DNA of 64,000 nt from Syntrophorhabdaceae bacterium (GCA_963665295.1 OY762209.1:4800001-4864000); one strand, 5' to 3'. Shown: positions 1 through 11,614, counted from the first letter of the stretch. Notes: generated by a model from the letters alone, not told the origin. Translations and numbers: made by a program.

Positions 1-2259
1 GGCGGACACCTTCACGTGAGGAGGAATGCCTGTTTCGCCTCTGATGTTCCTCACCGTATCGACCACACCCATTATCATGTCCATTGCGCTTTCGCTCTCT
101 TCATCCACTTCCCCTTCATCAAAGACGGGAAAGGGCGCGATCATGATACTCTCTGCTTCCCTTGCGGGGAGCCGCCCATACAGTTCTTCGGTGATGAAAG
201 GCGTGATGGGATGGAGCAGCTTCAATATATCCGTAAGTGTGCGGAAAAGGGTATTTTTCGTCACGTCGCCGTCAAAGGAGGTAACCTTTCCGTAGAGGTT
301 GGGCTTGATCAGTTCGAGGTACCAGTCGCAGAATTCGTGCCACACAAAAGTGTAGAGCCCCGTCGCGGCATCGTTGAACCGGTACGTGTCGATACTCGAC
401 GTCACTTCCCGTATCACCTTTTGCGCCCGCGAGCGTATCCAGCGGTCGGGCAGGTAGCTCGACCTTACCTTGGCCGCATAAGGTGCAGGTTCCATGCCTT
501 CCATGAACGTGAAGGCAAGTTTCGAGGCGTTCCAGACCTTGTTCACGAAGTTTCTTGCCCCTTCCACTCTCTCCTCGGAAAGGAGGATATCCCTCCCCTG
601 GGCGGCGAGCATGGTCAGGGAGAACCTGAAGGCATCGGTGCCGAACTCGTCGATCATAACGAGGGGATCGATTACATTCCCCTTGGATTTGCTCATTTTC
701 TTGCCTTCCGCGTCCCTCACGAGGGCGTGGATGTATACCTCGCTGAAGGGCACATCGTCCATGAAGCGGATGCCCATCATGATCATCCTTGCCACCCAGA
801 AAAAGAGGATGTCAAAGCCCGTGACGAGAAGGGACGTAGGGTAGAATGTCTTGAGGTCGTCCGTTTTTTCAGGCCATCCCAGGGTCGTGAAGGGCCAGAG
901 ACCGGAGGAAAACCACGTATCGAGCACGTCGGATTCCTGGCGAAGCTCTCCCTTACACTCCTCGCAGACGGTGAGATCCTCCACGGAGACATACATTTTG
1001 TTGCACTTGTCGCAGTACCAGACCGGTATCCTGTGGCCCCACCAGATCTGTCTGGAGACACACCAGTCCCTGATGTTCTCCATCCATTCAAAATAGACCT
1101 TCTCCCAGTTTTCCGGGATGATCCTCACTTTGTGTGATCGTACCGCTTCGATCGCCGGCTCGGCGAGGGGTTTCATTTTGAGGAACCACTGAAGCGACAG
1201 GGTGGGTTCCACCACCGTCTTGCAGCGGTAGCACTTGCCCACACCCAGATTGTAAGGTTCCGTTTTTTCAAGGAGACCCTTCTCATCCAGTTCCTCGACG
1301 ATCTTCTGCCTGCATTCGAACCTGTCCATGCCCTGGTAGTGGAGGGCGGCCTCGTTCATCAGGCCCTTCTCGTCAATCACCTTTACCACCTCGAGGTTGC
1401 ACCTTCTCCCTATCTCGAAGTCGTTGAGGTCGTGGGCGGGGGTCACTTTCAACACCCCTGTGCCGAAGGCGGTATCGACATACGTGTCGCCGATGACGGG
1501 AATCTTCCTGCCCACGATGGGTACCGTCACATATTGTCCCACATATTTTCCGTACCGCTCGTCGTTGGGATTGACGGCCACCGCCGTATCCCCGAGCATG
1601 GTTTCCGGTCTCGTGGTGGCGACAGTAAGGGTTCCGGTGCCGTCCGCGAGCGGGTATCTTATGTAATAGAGAAAGCCCTTCGTCTCCTCATGCTCCGCTT
1701 CGAGGTCGGAGAGCGCGGTTTCGCAACGGGGACACCAATTGATGATATAATCCCCCCGGTAAATGAGTCCCTCGTTAAAGAGCCTCACGAAGACTTCACG
1801 GACCGCCCTGGAAAGGCCCGCGTCCATAGTGAAGCGTTCCCTCGACCAGTCACAGGAGGCGCCAAGCCGTTTCAACTGCTCGATAATGGTGCCGCCCGAC
1901 TGCTTCTTCCATTCCCAGACCCTCTCGATGAACTTCTCCCTGCCGAGCATATCGCGGGTCATGCCTTCTTTCGCAAGTTCCCTTTCCACTACATTCTGGG
2001 TCGCTATACCCGCATGGTCCATCCCGGGCACCCAGAGGGCGTTGAAACCCGCCATCCTTTTGAACCGCGTAACGATATCCTGCAGCGTGTTATTCAGAGC
2101 ATGGCCCATGTGAAGCGAACCGGTTACATTCGGTGGGGGTATTACCATCGAAAACGGCGGCTTTGAAGAGACGCCTTCCGCCTTGAAATAGCCTTTTTTC
2201 GTCCATACATCGTACCATTCCTGCTCAATTTTGTGCGGGTCGTATACCTTTTCCATCAT
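1..2259 (-). CDS. valS: Valyl-tRNA synthetase (3' part runs off the window)
   Basis: Minus strand from ATG 2259 reads [16 protein letters not shown]...[14 protein letters not shown] (HIGH motif), [20 protein letters not shown] and KMSKS. Absent from the ORF track because it has no stop in the window. Confidence 0.97.
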   Translation of the reverse strand, partial: MMEKVYDPHKIEQEWYDVWTKKGYFKAEGVSSKPPFSMVIPPPNVTGSLHMGHALNNTLQDIVTRFKRMAGFNALWVPGMDHAGIATQNVVERELAKEGMTRDMLGREKFIERVWEWKKQSGGTIIEQLKRLGASCDWSRERFTMDAGLSRAVREVFVRLFNEGLIYRGDYIINWCPRCETALSDLEAEHEETKGFLYYIRYPLADGTGTLTVATTRPETMLGDTAVAVNPNDERYGKYVGQYVTVPIVGRKIPVIGDTYVDTAFGTGVLKVTPAHDLNDFEIGRRCNLEVVKVIDEKGLMNEAALHYQGMDRFECRQKIVEELDEKGLLEKTEPYNLGVGKCYRCKTVVEPTLSLQWFLKMKPLAEPAIEAVRSHKVRIIPENWEKVYFEWMENIRDWCVSRQIWWGHRIPVWYCDKCNKMYVSVEDLTVCEECKGELRQESDVLDTWFSSGLWPFTTLGWPEKTDDLKTFYPTSLLVTGFDILFFWVARMIMMGIRFMDDVPFSEVYIHALVRDAEGKKMSKSKGNVIDPLVMIDEFGTDAFRFSLTMLAAQGRDILLSEERVEGARNFVNKVWNASKLAFTFMEGMEPAPYAAKVRSSYLPDRWIRSRAQKVIREVTSSIDTYRFNDAATGLYTFVWHEFCDWYLELIKPNLYGKVTSFDGDVTKNTLFRTLTDILKLLHPITPFITEELYGRLPAREAESIMIAPFPVFDEGEVDEESESAMDMIMGVVDTVRNIRGETGIPPHVKVSA

Positions 2260-2296
2260 ATCCTGAACTCCTCTCGATTTATATGCCGCTCTGCCG

Positions 2297-3340
2297 TTAT
2301 ATGGGGATCTTCCACGGCATGGGAAGAAATATCTTCTCAAAAAGATTAAATGCGTACCGGTCGGTCATGCTCGCCACAAAATCACACACGCACACTTCCG
2401 GGTCATCGTAATAATCCATCCGCCCTATCTCTTTAAGGAAGACATCGGGATTCCCCAGGAAATAGAAGTAGAGTTCATTCACGATCTTCGTGCACTTGAT
2501 GAAGTCCCCATGCACCACGCTATTGTCATAGACCTTCTCATAGAGAAAATCCCTTAGTTTCTTTATGTAGCGGTCAAAGTCGCCGCTGATCCTGAGATCA
2601 AGGCCGGGACCTTTCATTGTCTCCGTCAATACGCCCCGCACCATGGTGTCGATCCTGTCCGAACTGCTGTGACCGAGATATTCGGCACAATCTCCGGGCA
2701 GATCGGCTTCTGTGATGATGCCGCCTCTCGTTGCGTCATCGATATCATGGTTGATGTAACCGATGATATCGGCGAGCCTTACCACTTCCGCCTCTTTCGT
2801 CAGGGGCTTATCACAGTCGTCCTTACAGACGATCTCTCCCTTCCCCTTGGAATGTTTTACAATCCCGTCCCTCACCTCCATGGTGAGATTCAGTCCCGCG
2901 CCGTCCTTCTCAAGGATGTCCACCACACGAAGGCTCTGTTCGAAGTGGTGAAACCCTCCTGCGTGGATTTTGTTCAGGGCTGCCTCTCCCGCATGGCCGA
3001 AGGGCGTGTGCCCCAGGTCATGACCGAGCGCTATGGCCTCCACGAGGTCTTCATTAAGAGAAAGGGCCTTTGCAATAGTCCTCGCAATCTGAGACACCTC
3101 AAGGGTGTGGGTAAGCCTCGTCCGGTAATGGTCGCTCGCGGGAGAAAGAAATACCTGGGTCTTGTGCTTCAGCCTCCTGAACGCCTTGCTATGGGTAATC
3201 CGGTCTCTGTCGTGCTGGAAGGCCGGTCTTATATCGCATTCCCGCTCGTCTTTAAGCCTCCCCCTTGACCGGCTGCTCCTTTGGGCAAAGGGAGACAGTA
3301 TCAATTCCTCTCTTTTCTCCAGCCTCTCTCTGATGTCCAT
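2297..3340 (-). CDS. dgt: dGTP triphosphohydrolase (HD domain)
   Basis: [43 protein letters not shown]; probable start MDIRE at 3340. Confidence 0.93.
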   Translation of the reverse strand: MDIRERLEKREELILSPFAQRSSRSRGRLKDERECDIRPAFQHDRDRITHSKAFRRLKHKTQVFLSPASDHYRTRLTHTLEVSQIARTIAKALSLNEDLVEAIALGHDLGHTPFGHAGEAALNKIHAGGFHHFEQSLRVVDILEKDGAGLNLTMEVRDGIVKHSKGKGEIVCKDDCDKPLTKEAEVVRLADIIGYINHDIDDATRGGIITEADLPGDCAEYLGHSSSDRIDTMVRGVLTETMKGPGLDLRISGDFDRYIKKLRDFLYEKVYDNSVVHGDFIKCTKIVNELYFYFLGNPDVFLKEIGRMDYYDDPEVCVCDFVASMTDRYAFNLFEKIFLPMPWKIPI

Positions 3341-3674
3341 TTTACAATCCAGGTACAGAAACCGTGAATGCGAAAAAGACCCATCCAAGTTTAAGCGTAA
3401 TCTATCATAATGATACGGTTCTTTCAACTTACTTGTGCACATGGTTGAGTTCCGCGGGGGAAGATTTTCCTCACTTCCGGGCTTGCGGGACTATCCGGGA
3501 TTACCGGGAAGCACCTTTAATATACGGGTAAACCGTTAGTTCTCTCCTGCCGGGCAGCTCCCGCTGGAGATCGGGAGAGCCGGGCGCTGCTCCTAAATGA
3601 GGACCCCTGTGGACATGACCCGCGACTGGCTCTATATTAGGTAAAAAGACGAAGCTGATCAAGGAGGTGTTGAA

Positions 3675-4064
3675 ATGAAGAAGCTGGCGGCACTGGCAGT
3701 CGCCTTGTTGCTCGTGGCAGGCGTGGCCTACGCAAGGGATTACGAAGTAAACAAGAAGGCGGGGGAATACAATGTTCTTGTCCGGATTGACAAGAACCCG
3801 CCCGTGGCCGCACAAAACCGCGTGGAAATCACCATTACCGACGCCTCGGGCAAGGCAGTGACCGATGCAAAGGTTGTGCTCACTTACTCCATGCCCGCCA
3901 TGGCAGGAATGCCCGCCATGAACTACAAGGCCGAAGCCAAACCCCAGGGGAGCATATACAGGGCAACCATCACCTACTCCATGTCGGGCTCCTGGAACAA
4001 TGAGTTGAAGATAACCCACAAGGGCCAAACGCAGTCGGTCAGGTTCACGGTAGATGCGAAATAG
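3675..4064 (+). CDS. Secreted YtkA/FixH-like protein, probably metal-associated
   Basis: Signal peptide; Ig-like pattern ITITDASGKAVTDAKV..YSMPAMAGMPAM; strong AGGAGG RBS. Confidence 0.75.
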   Translation: MKKLAALAVALLLVAGVAYARDYEVNKKAGEYNVLVRIDKNPPVAAQNRVEITITDASGKAVTDAKVVLTYSMPAMAGMPAMNYKAEAKPQGSIYRATITYSMSGSWNNELKITHKGQTQSVRFTVDAK

Positions 4065-4146
4065 CGCAACGTCCCGTTCCTGCCTGCCCGGAAGGCCTGT
4101 GGAGGTGATCATATTGAGGAAAATTTCCTTTTCGGCCGGATCATGT

Positions 4147-4424
4147 ATGAGAACTAACCCGGCGCTTTTATACTGCTCCTGTCCGTCTTCCTGCTCTTGC
4201 AGGGGACGGTTGTTCGCGCCGCAGAGGAACCCCTCGTCCTTCAGGACCTCATCGACGAAGGGCTGAAAAACAGCCCGGAAATCCTTGCCTTCGGGTCGCG
4301 GGTGGACGCCGCGAAGTATAGAATCCCCCGGGTAGGGAGCCTTCCCGACCCCATGTTCATGTTCGGGCACCAGAATGAAGGGTTCCGGAGGCTTACCATA
4401 GGGGTCGCGAATAAGACCGGCTGA
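4147..4424 (+). pseudogene. N-terminal remnant of a TolC/CusC-type outer-membrane efflux protein
   Basis: LVLQDLIDEGLKNSPEI...SLPDPMFMFG is typical of heavy-metal TolC N-termini. ATG 4147 is out of frame with the signal-peptide core (in-frame TAA at 4155), and the ORF stops after ~75 aa. Confidence 0.65.
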
Positions 4425-4446
4425 GCAACCAGCGGGGCATGACGGT

Positions 4447-5412
4447 CTATAGCCCTCCCTTGAGAGGGGCCGTGTATGATTTCCTGGGCTCGGGAACAGC
4501 CAGGAACTGTACGGCGGCACCCGCTCCCGAGGGGTAGACCCGAACTTCCATCCATCCCGTTTGTTGGGGAGAAGGGACCTCGAATACGTGGCATTTTCCT
4601 TTCTTGAATGCGTAAAGGAACCCCTGGTGGACGGCCCTGCCGAATTCCCCTGGAAATACCTCCGTAATATCTGCGCCTGTCAGTTCCCGGGAACTTTTGT
4701 GCAAGGCCTTTTCCGTCTTCTTGTTGGCGTAAACGAACCTTCCTTCCTTGTCAACGGCAAAAAACCCGTCGGTTATGCCCTCCAGCATGTCGGCAAACCT
4801 TTTATTCGATTCCTTCATCGCCTCTCGCAAGCGCCTCTCCCTCGTGATGTCGGTCACCACGTGGACCACGCCGATAGTCTTGCCTCCCCTGTTCTTCAGA
4901 GGGGTCACGGAAACCTCAAGCCACAGGTCTCCCGACGGCAGATGTACAGTCTCCTTATGCCTCGATTTACACATGCGAAAGAAGGGGCAGCCTTCTATGG
5001 GACTTCCTGTCCCGTGAACCAGTTCAAAACATTTTACGCCGACTATATTCCTGTAGTCCTTCTTGAACAATTTTGATGCTGCCTTGTTGCAGCGGACAAT
5101 CGTCTGGTCCATATCCATGAGCCAGACTGCGTCCGTGATGGCGTCAAGGGTATCACGCCACTGAGCGGCCACGGTTTGAAGGGCCTCCTCGGCCCTCCTG
5201 CGATTCTCTATCTCGCTTTGAAGCTGCCTGTTCGCAATTCGTATCTCCGCCATGCGTTCTTCCACCAGGCCTTCTATACGCTCATAGTACGCTCCCTGGT
5301 CCGTCATGGTCCGGCGAGCTTCCTCTTCCGCCTGCTCCATGAGCGCCAGCTTCGTTCTCATATCCCTCATTTCCGCCAGGAGTTCTTCTCTTGTTTTATC
5401 CTTGTTCTTCAC
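4447..5412 (-). CDS. Coiled-coil plus tandem PAS-domain protein with no output domain
   Basis: KTREELLAE N-terminus; WRDTLDAITDAV..CPF..VVHVVTDIT; second PAS LEGITDGFFAVD. Probable GTG start 5412 (ORF extends to 5499). Confidence 0.8.
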   Translation of the reverse strand: MKNKDKTREELLAEMRDMRTKLALMEQAEEEARRTMTDQGAYYERIEGLVEERMAEIRIANRQLQSEIENRRRAEEALQTVAAQWRDTLDAITDAVWLMDMDQTIVRCNKAASKLFKKDYRNIVGVKCFELVHGTGSPIEGCPFFRMCKSRHKETVHLPSGDLWLEVSVTPLKNRGGKTIGVVHVVTDITRERRLREAMKESNKRFADMLEGITDGFFAVDKEGRFVYANKKTEKALHKSSRELTGADITEVFPGEFGRAVHQGFLYAFKKGKCHVFEVPSPQQTGWMEVRVYPSGAGAAVQFLAVPEPRKSYTAPLKGGL

Positions 5413-5716
5413 TTGGTCCCTCGAAAAACTTCGGGCCCCATTTCCGGCCGATTCGACGGGAAAGGGGTCTCTTTCCTTACCCATACGGACAGTTCTCAAC
5501 CCGCACTCTATAAGTAATTAATCTCATAAGTAGTTTTTCTTGTCAACCGGAATTGTGACATGGACCGTTTTACCGCAGACCTTGAACCTTGCAAAAAACG
5601 TGAGCATTTCATATACTTACATCTGACATCAGACCCTCAGGGCGTGCTCCCGGGTCGTTGTGTCTCAAAGGGGTCCCGACACGATGGAAGGAAATTAAAC
5701 CGAAGGGGGAACGTGT

Positions 5717-6058
5717 ATGGCTTTGATCGATGACCTGAAAAAGAAAACGGAAGAAGGCCTGAAAACACTGAAGGAAACAGCACAGGATTTTGCCTTTAAC
5801 GTTGAAAAGCAAGCCAAGATAGGAAAGAGAAGGTATCTGGATATTACCAAACTCCAGCGGAGCATCCAAACCCTCTTTACGGAAATGGGTGAATACGCCT
5901 ACGACGAAATGACCTCAGGAAGGTCCATAAAAAACACCGACCCCTACCTCAAAGAAAGAGCAGACTCCATCTCCCGAATGAAATCAGAGATAACCGCAAT
6001 AGAGGAGGAAATAGCCGAAATTGAGCATCTGGAGCCACCTAAGCATCTGGGTGAGTAG
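5717..6058 (+). CDS. Hypothetical helical/coiled-coil protein
   Basis: 113-aa ORF with GGGGG RBS and a natural charged-helix composition. Confidence 0.75.
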   Translation: MALIDDLKKKTEEGLKTLKETAQDFAFNVEKQAKIGKRRYLDITKLQRSIQTLFTEMGEYAYDEMTSGRSIKNTDPYLKERADSISRMKSEITAIEEEIAEIEHLEPPKHLGE

Positions 6059-6125
6059 GCTGTTCATCCAGCACGCACCGCGTGCGAGAGGGGGAGGCTC
6101 TACAAACTCCTTCAACTGTGCATCT

Positions 6126-6149
6126 CGCCCCGGGCTTATGCCCGGGGCG
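6126..6149. terminator. GC-rich hairpin between convergent genes
   Basis: cgccccgggc-ttat-gcccggggcg, a perfect 10-bp stem downstream of asd. Confidence 0.5.
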
Positions 6150-6164
6150 CTCTTAATTTTGATG

Positions 6165-7181
6165 TTACAGATATTTCTTGATCAGCACTTCAGCAATCTG
6201 GACTGCGTTCAGGGCGGCGCCTTTTCTGATATTATCTGCCACCACCCACAGGTTGAGCCCGTGCGCCACAGACTCATCCCTTCTTATCCTGCCCACAAAG
6301 GTTTCATCTCTTCCTGCGGCGTCTATGGCAAGGGGATATATTTTCTTTGACGGGTCATCGACAACCTTCACGCCGGGGGCTTTCTTGAGGATCTTCCTCG
6401 CCTCTTCCGGACTCAGGTCCTTTTCGAATTCGATGTTCACGGACTCGGAGTGGCTGTAGAATACCGGCACCCTGACGGTGGTCGCCGTCACTTGGATGCT
6501 CTCGTCTTCCAGGATCTTCTTCGTCTCATTTACCATCTTCATCTCTTCCTTCGTGTATCCGTTGTCGAGGAATACATCGATCTGGGGGAGACAGTTGAAG
6601 GCGATCTGATAAGGGTACACTTTCTTCTCAACGGGTTTGTTGTTATAGATGGCAAGCACCTGCTGTTCAAGCTCATAAATGGCCTTTTTTCCTGTACCTG
6701 AGACCGCCTGGTACGTGGAGACCACGATCCTTTTGATCTTCGCCGCGTTGTGAAGGGGTTTCAGGGCCACCACCATCTGAATGGTGGAACAGTTCGGATT
6801 CGCTATGATGCCCTTCTTCGTATAATCCTTGATTGCATGTTCGTTCACCTCGGGCACTACGAGAGGGACATCAGGGTCCATCCTCCACGCGCTCGTGTTG
6901 TCTATCACCACACACCCGGCCGCCGCCGCGATGGGGGCGAACTTCTCGCTTATGGAACCGCCCGCGGAAAAGAGGCCTATCTGGATATCCTTGAAGGAAT
7001 CTTCCTTAAGCTCCTCGATCTTCACGTCGTGTCCCTTATATGTCAGCGTCTTGCCCACGCTTCTCGAAGACGCGAGCAGGGTCAGTTTCTTTACGGGAAA
7101 TTTCCTCTGTTCGAGGGTCTCGACCATTTCGTTTCCCACAGCGCCGGTGGCGCCTACAACGGCTACGTTATACTCTTTCAT
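6165..7181 (-). CDS. asd: Aspartate-semialdehyde dehydrogenase
   Basis: VGATGAVG, IANPNCST, STYQAVSG, DNIRKGAALN. Confidence 0.97.
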   Translation of the reverse strand: MKEYNVAVVGATGAVGNEMVETLEQRKFPVKKLTLLASSRSVGKTLTYKGHDVKIEELKEDSFKDIQIGLFSAGGSISEKFAPIAAAAGCVVIDNTSAWRMDPDVPLVVPEVNEHAIKDYTKKGIIANPNCSTIQMVVALKPLHNAAKIKRIVVSTYQAVSGTGKKAIYELEQQVLAIYNNKPVEKKVYPYQIAFNCLPQIDVFLDNGYTKEEMKMVNETKKILEDESIQVTATTVRVPVFYSHSESVNIEFEKDLSPEEARKILKKAPGVKVVDDPSKKIYPLAIDAAGRDETFVGRIRRDESVAHGLNLWVVADNIRKGAALNAVQIAEVLIKKYL

Positions 7182-7182
7182 T

Positions 7183-7674
7183 CTATTCCTCCAGTTTCTT
7201 TTTGAGGTATTTGATCAGCCCGCCTTCATTGATAAGTTCCACCATAAAGGTTGGGATCGGTTTCGCCTGTATCTCCGCTCTCTTGCATTTTATGATCCCT
7301 GAAACGAGATCGACCTGAAGCTCCTCGCCCTCCTCAACGAAGTCCGCAAGGTCGGCCTCGAGGAGCGCCAACCCCTTGTTGAAGGCATTGCGGTAGAATA
7401 TCCTCGCGAAACTTTTTGCAATGACAAGGGGTATACCCAGTGCCGCGATCGCGATGGGAGCATGCTCCCGAGATGACCCGCACCCGAAATTGAGACCCGC
7501 CACAATAATGTCGCCGGCCTTTACATCCTTTGAGAAGGATGGGGCAAGGGGTTCCATGCAGTGCTCGCCCAGCACCTTGGGGTCGGTATGGGCAAGGTAT
7601 CTCGCGGGGATAATGATATCCGTATCTATGTTATCACCGAATTTCCAGACTCTTCCTTTTAAAGTTGTTTCCAT
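7183..7674 (-). CDS. leuD: 3-isopropylmalate dehydratase small subunit (short LeuD/HacB type)
   Basis: DNIDTDIIIPARYL, NFGCGSSREHA, SFARIFYRN. Confidence 0.93.
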   Translation of the reverse strand: METTLKGRVWKFGDNIDTDIIIPARYLAHTDPKVLGEHCMEPLAPSFSKDVKAGDIIVAGLNFGCGSSREHAPIAIAALGIPLVIAKSFARIFYRNAFNKGLALLEADLADFVEEGEELQVDLVSGIIKCKRAEIQAKPIPTFMVELINEGGLIKYLKKKLEE

Positions 7675-7778
7675 CGTAACTCCTTCTTCGCTATTCGCTA
7701 AGGGCTCTCTTTTCTCAACCGAAAACAGGATGGTTTATGGGCAGACGATCCCTTGCAGCCGGTCGCTGGGCGCCGGTA

Positions 7779-9041
7779 TTATAAGACCTCTTCCGGGACC
7801 GCGATCCTGCCTTTGATGGCGCTCGCGGCTGCGACCGCGGGACCTGCAAGGTAAACCTCGCTCTCCGGATGACCCATTCTCCCGATAAAATTCCTGTTGG
7901 TCGTGGCGACGGCCCTTTCGCCCTTCGCAAGGATACCCATGTGACCGCCGAGACAGGGACCGCACGTGGGAGGCGAAATAATGCATCCCGCATCAAGGAA
8001 GATATCGAAGTAACCCCGTCCCAGGGCCTCTTTGTAGACCGCGGGCGTTGCGGGAATGATTATACACCTTACGAAGCGGGCGACCTTCTTCCCTTTCAGT
8101 ATCTCCGCCGCAGCTTCGAGGTCTTCTATTCTCCCGTTCGTACATGACCCGATGACAACCTGATCGATGTCGATCCCTCCAAGGTCCTTCGCGTCCTTAA
8201 CGTTGGACGGCAGGGAAGGAAGGGCGACTTTCGACCCTATGGAAGTCACATCTATGTCGATAACCTGTTTGTAACGGGCGTCCGGGTCGCTCTCGTATAT
8301 CCTCGAAGGTCTTTTTCCCCGGTCCTTCACGTAGGCAAGGGTCTTTTCATCCACCTTGAATATGCCGTTCTTCCCGCCTGCCTCGATCGCCATATTGGCC
8401 ATGGTGAAACGCGACTCCATGGAGAGGGCGGAAATGGCCTCGCCATCGAATTCCATGGCGGAATAAAGGGCCCCATCCACTCCGATCATGCCGATAATAT
8501 GGAGGATAAGATCCTTTCCCGTGACCCATTTCTGCCATTTTCCATGACACACGAACTTGATGGTCTCCGGCACCTTCAACCAGACCCGTCCTGTTACCAT
8601 CCCATATGTTAAATCCGTGCTCCCCATGCCGGTCGAGAAGGCGCCCAGGGCGCCGTAGGTGCAGGTATGACTGTCAGCCCCTATCACTACATCGCCGGGC
8701 ACGACAAGGCCCTGCTCCGGGAGCAGGGCATGTTCCACGCCACACTGCCCACCCTCATAGAGGTGCTTTATACCGTACTTAACGGAAAACTCCCTGATCG
8801 TCTTGCAGTTCTCCGCGGAAAGTATATCCTTGTTCGGCGTAAAGTGATCAAGGACAAAAACCACCTTCTCCGAGTCGAATACCCGTGTGGCGCCTACTTT
8901 GTGAAACTCCTCAAGAGAGAGGGGCGCGGTAATATCGTTTGCAAGGGCAAGGTCTATCCGTGCCTCGATGATTTCACCGGGTTCCACCACATCTCTCTCA
9001 GCGTGTGCAGCCAGTATCTTTTCCGTGATTGTCATTCCCAT
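7779..9041 (-). CDS. leuC: 3-isopropylmalate dehydratase large subunit (420-aa type)
   Basis: [29 protein letters not shown]. Confidence 0.94.
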   Translation of the reverse strand: MGMTITEKILAAHAERDVVEPGEIIEARIDLALANDITAPLSLEEFHKVGATRVFDSEKVVFVLDHFTPNKDILSAENCKTIREFSVKYGIKHLYEGGQCGVEHALLPEQGLVVPGDVVIGADSHTCTYGALGAFSTGMGSTDLTYGMVTGRVWLKVPETIKFVCHGKWQKWVTGKDLILHIIGMIGVDGALYSAMEFDGEAISALSMESRFTMANMAIEAGGKNGIFKVDEKTLAYVKDRGKRPSRIYESDPDARYKQVIDIDVTSIGSKVALPSLPSNVKDAKDLGGIDIDQVVIGSCTNGRIEDLEAAAEILKGKKVARFVRCIIIPATPAVYKEALGRGYFDIFLDAGCIISPPTCGPCLGGHMGILAKGERAVATTNRNFIGRMGHPESEVYLAGPAVAAASAIKGRIAVPEEVL

Positions 9042-10571
9042 TTACAGGCCCTCAACTTTTCTTTTTTTCACATATTCGAGCTTGTTCAGGGCATTGATGT
9101 ACGCCCTGGCGCTCGCTACGATAATATCCGTATCCCGTCCCTTTCCTATGACGGTGGCCCCCTTCTCCTCGATCTTCACAAACACTTCTCCCTGGGCGTC
9201 CATGTCCCTCGTGATCGAGTTAACCGAGAACTTGAGCAATTTGCTGTTCGTCTTCACCATCTTCTTGATGATCTTGTAAGCGGCGTCCACCGGCCCGTCG
9301 CCATATCCCACGTCCTGAAGGATCGTTCCGTCTATCTCGAGTTTCACCATTGCGGTGGGTATGGTCTGACTCCCGCAGGACACATTGAGATAGACGATCT
9401 TGTATTTCTCGGGTATCTTGTATATCTCGTCCATAATGATCATTTCAATGTCTTCATCATACACGTTCTTTTTCATATCCGAGAGCGTTTTGAACCGTTT
9501 GAACGCCAGGTTGATCTCCTGGTCGCTGAAGGTATACCCCATCTCCTCGATTCTATCCCGGAAAGCGTGTCTCCCCGAGTGCTTCCCGAGGACGAGGGAG
9601 CTTTTCGTTATGCCCACCGATTCGGGTTTCATGATCTCATAGGTGAGCTTGGATTTCAAAAGGCCGTCCTGATGGATCCCCGACTCGTGAGCAAAGGCGT
9701 TGGCGCCGACTATGGCCTTGTTGGGCTGCACTCCTCCGCCGGTAATAGACGTTATCAACCTGCTCGTGGGGTATATCTTTTCGCTCACAATCTTCGTATC
9801 GGCGGAAAGCACGTCCTTCCTGGTACGCAGTATCATGGCGATCTCTTCAAGGGACGCATTTCCCGCCCTCTCGCCTATGCCGTTGATAGTGCACTCCACC
9901 TGCCGGGCGCCGTTCTGGACCGCTGCAATGGAGTTCGCCACCGCAAGGCCCAGATCGTTATGGCAATGGACACTTATAACAGCCTGGGCGATATTGGGGA
10001 CATTGTTCACAATATAACGGATCATATCGCCAAATTCGGAAGGCACTGCATATCCCACCGTATCGGGCACGTTCACGGTGGTGGCTCCTGCTTCTATGAC
10101 TTCGGCAAGGACCTTGCATAGGTAGTCCCAGTCGCTCCTCGTCGCATCCATGGCGGAAAATTCCACGTTCGGAGTGTGCCCCTTCGCCCTTTTCACCGCA
10201 TCGACGGCGATCTTCACGATCTCGTCCTTCGTCTTCTTGAACTGGTGCTTGAGGTGAATGTCCGACGTGGAGATGAATGTGTGAATCCTGGGCATCTTCG
10301 CAACCTTGACGGCTTCCCATGCCCTATCTATATCTTCATTGTTCGCCCGCGCCAAGCCGGCAATCTCACAGTTCTGAACAGTCTCTGCGATCAATCTGAC
10401 CGCTTCGAAATCGCCTTCCGACGCGATGGGGAAACCCGCCTCGATGACATCGACTCCAAGGATTTCCAGTTGCCTCGCGACCCTTAGTTTTTCAGGGGTG
10501 TTCATGGTGTTGCCGGGCGACTGCTCCCCATCCCTTAATGTCGTATCGAATATAATGATTCTCTCTGGCAT
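9042..10571 (-). CDS. leuA: 2-isopropylmalate synthase
   Basis: DTTLRDGEQ, HCHND, GERAGN, HESGIHQDG and a C-terminal regulatory domain (GDGPVDA). Confidence 0.96.
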   Translation of the reverse strand: MPERIIIFDTTLRDGEQSPGNTMNTPEKLRVARQLEILGVDVIEAGFPIASEGDFEAVRLIAETVQNCEIAGLARANNEDIDRAWEAVKVAKMPRIHTFISTSDIHLKHQFKKTKDEIVKIAVDAVKRAKGHTPNVEFSAMDATRSDWDYLCKVLAEVIEAGATTVNVPDTVGYAVPSEFGDMIRYIVNNVPNIAQAVISVHCHNDLGLAVANSIAAVQNGARQVECTINGIGERAGNASLEEIAMILRTRKDVLSADTKIVSEKIYPTSRLITSITGGGVQPNKAIVGANAFAHESGIHQDGLLKSKLTYEIMKPESVGITKSSLVLGKHSGRHAFRDRIEEMGYTFSDQEINLAFKRFKTLSDMKKNVYDEDIEMIIMDEIYKIPEKYKIVYLNVSCGSQTIPTAMVKLEIDGTILQDVGYGDGPVDAAYKIIKKMVKTNSKLLKFSVNSITRDMDAQGEVFVKIEEKGATVIGKGRDTDIIVASARAYINALNKLEYVKKRKVEGL

Positions 10572-11614
10572 ATCTCCCTCTTCAGTTTTTTCTGTATCAA
10601 CTCGAATAGTTCCTGTTCCTTCTCTATCTGTACTGTCACCGCAAGATAGAAGAGGTTGTCCGGGACTTCCATGGCCGCCATCTTGATCGCGTCTTTTTCC
10701 GTAGTCACCACAAGGTCCGCGCCTCCGTACGACGCGATCCTTCTCACCTCTCTTTCGTTATACCCATGATGGTCGGGAAAGGAGGTTTCATGGATCACAT
10801 CCGCCCCCAACTCGCGAAGGAGGTTAAAAAAAGACCGGTTGTCCCCAAGACCCGAGAAGGCGGCAACCCGTTTCCCCTTCAGAAGCCTATAATGGATCAT
10901 CCCGTCAAACTTCATATTGTAGAGATAAGCGGGTTTGTACCTCATGCGGTATCTCGGCGTCTGCCCGGCATAGGCCTCCATGTCCGCGTCCAGGTCGCCC
11001 TTATTAATCAATATGATATCCGCGTCCCTTATCCTCTCAAGGGGCTCCCTGCATGGACCGAGAGGAAAAAGACCATGGCCTGACAGCCCTTCGTTTCCGT
11101 TCAGGACAAGTACCTCTATATCCTTCTCAATATTCCGCAATTGAAAGCCGTCGTCGAGCACCGCAAGATCGATGGGAAACGACTTCATCCCCATGTCGAT
11201 GGCTTCCGCCCTGTTGCTTCCCACCAGAACGGGCACCTGTGTCTTCCTTGCGAGCATCAACGCCTCGTCCCCTACGTCCTCCGCTTTATCGTTCCTCGGG
11301 TCGACGGGGAACGTGCCTTTCCTCTTCCTCTTGTAACCGCGAGTGGCTATGGCGGGATGGAAGCCCGCCTCCTTCAACATCGCGGAAAGCCTCTCCACCA
11401 CCGGGGTCTTTCCTGTCCCTCCGAGAGTAATATTGCCCACGCTTATCACGGGGATGGTGACCCCTTGTATCGCAATCCAGCCCCGCTCGTAAATCTTTTT
11501 CCTTACATTGAGGCACGTCTTATACAGGACTGAAAGGAGGAAAAGGGGCCCATAAAAAAGCCACTTTGTATACTTTGCTTCCCCATTCCAAACCCTTATG
11601 ATGGCATTCCTCAT
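10535..11614 (-). CDS. lpxK: Tetraacyldisaccharide 4'-kinase
   Basis: SVGNITLGGTGKTP, GDEA, LDDGFQ, PDHH, TTEKD; overlaps the leuA start. Confidence 0.95.
   Translation of the reverse strand: MRNAIIRVWNGEAKYTKWLFYGPLFLLSVLYKTCLNVRKKIYERGWIAIQGVTIPVISVGNITLGGTGKTPVVERLSAMLKEAGFHPAIATRGYKRKRKGTFPVDPRNDKAEDVGDEALMLARKTQVPVLVGSNRAEAIDMGMKSFPIDLAVLDDGFQLRNIEKDIEVLVLNGNEGLSGHGLFPLGPCREPLERIRDADIILINKGDLDADMEAYAGQTPRYRMRYKPAYLYNMKFDGMIHYRLLKGKRVAAFSGLGDNRSFFNLLRELGADVIHETSFPDHHGYNEREVRRIASYGGADLVVTTEKDAIKMAAMEVPDNLFYLAVTVQIEKEQELFELIQKKLKREICQRESLYSIRH

Noticed and set aside
16..2166. Long plus-strand ORFs (373 and 275 aa) and similar antisense ORFs across the window
   Set aside because: They are shadows of well-supported opposite-strand genes (valS, leuA, glnA, amtB and others) and have no motifs.
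3621..3630. CGCGACTGGC resembling a ZTP riboswitch 5' motif
   Set aside because: The downstream conserved elements are absent and the downstream gene is unrelated.
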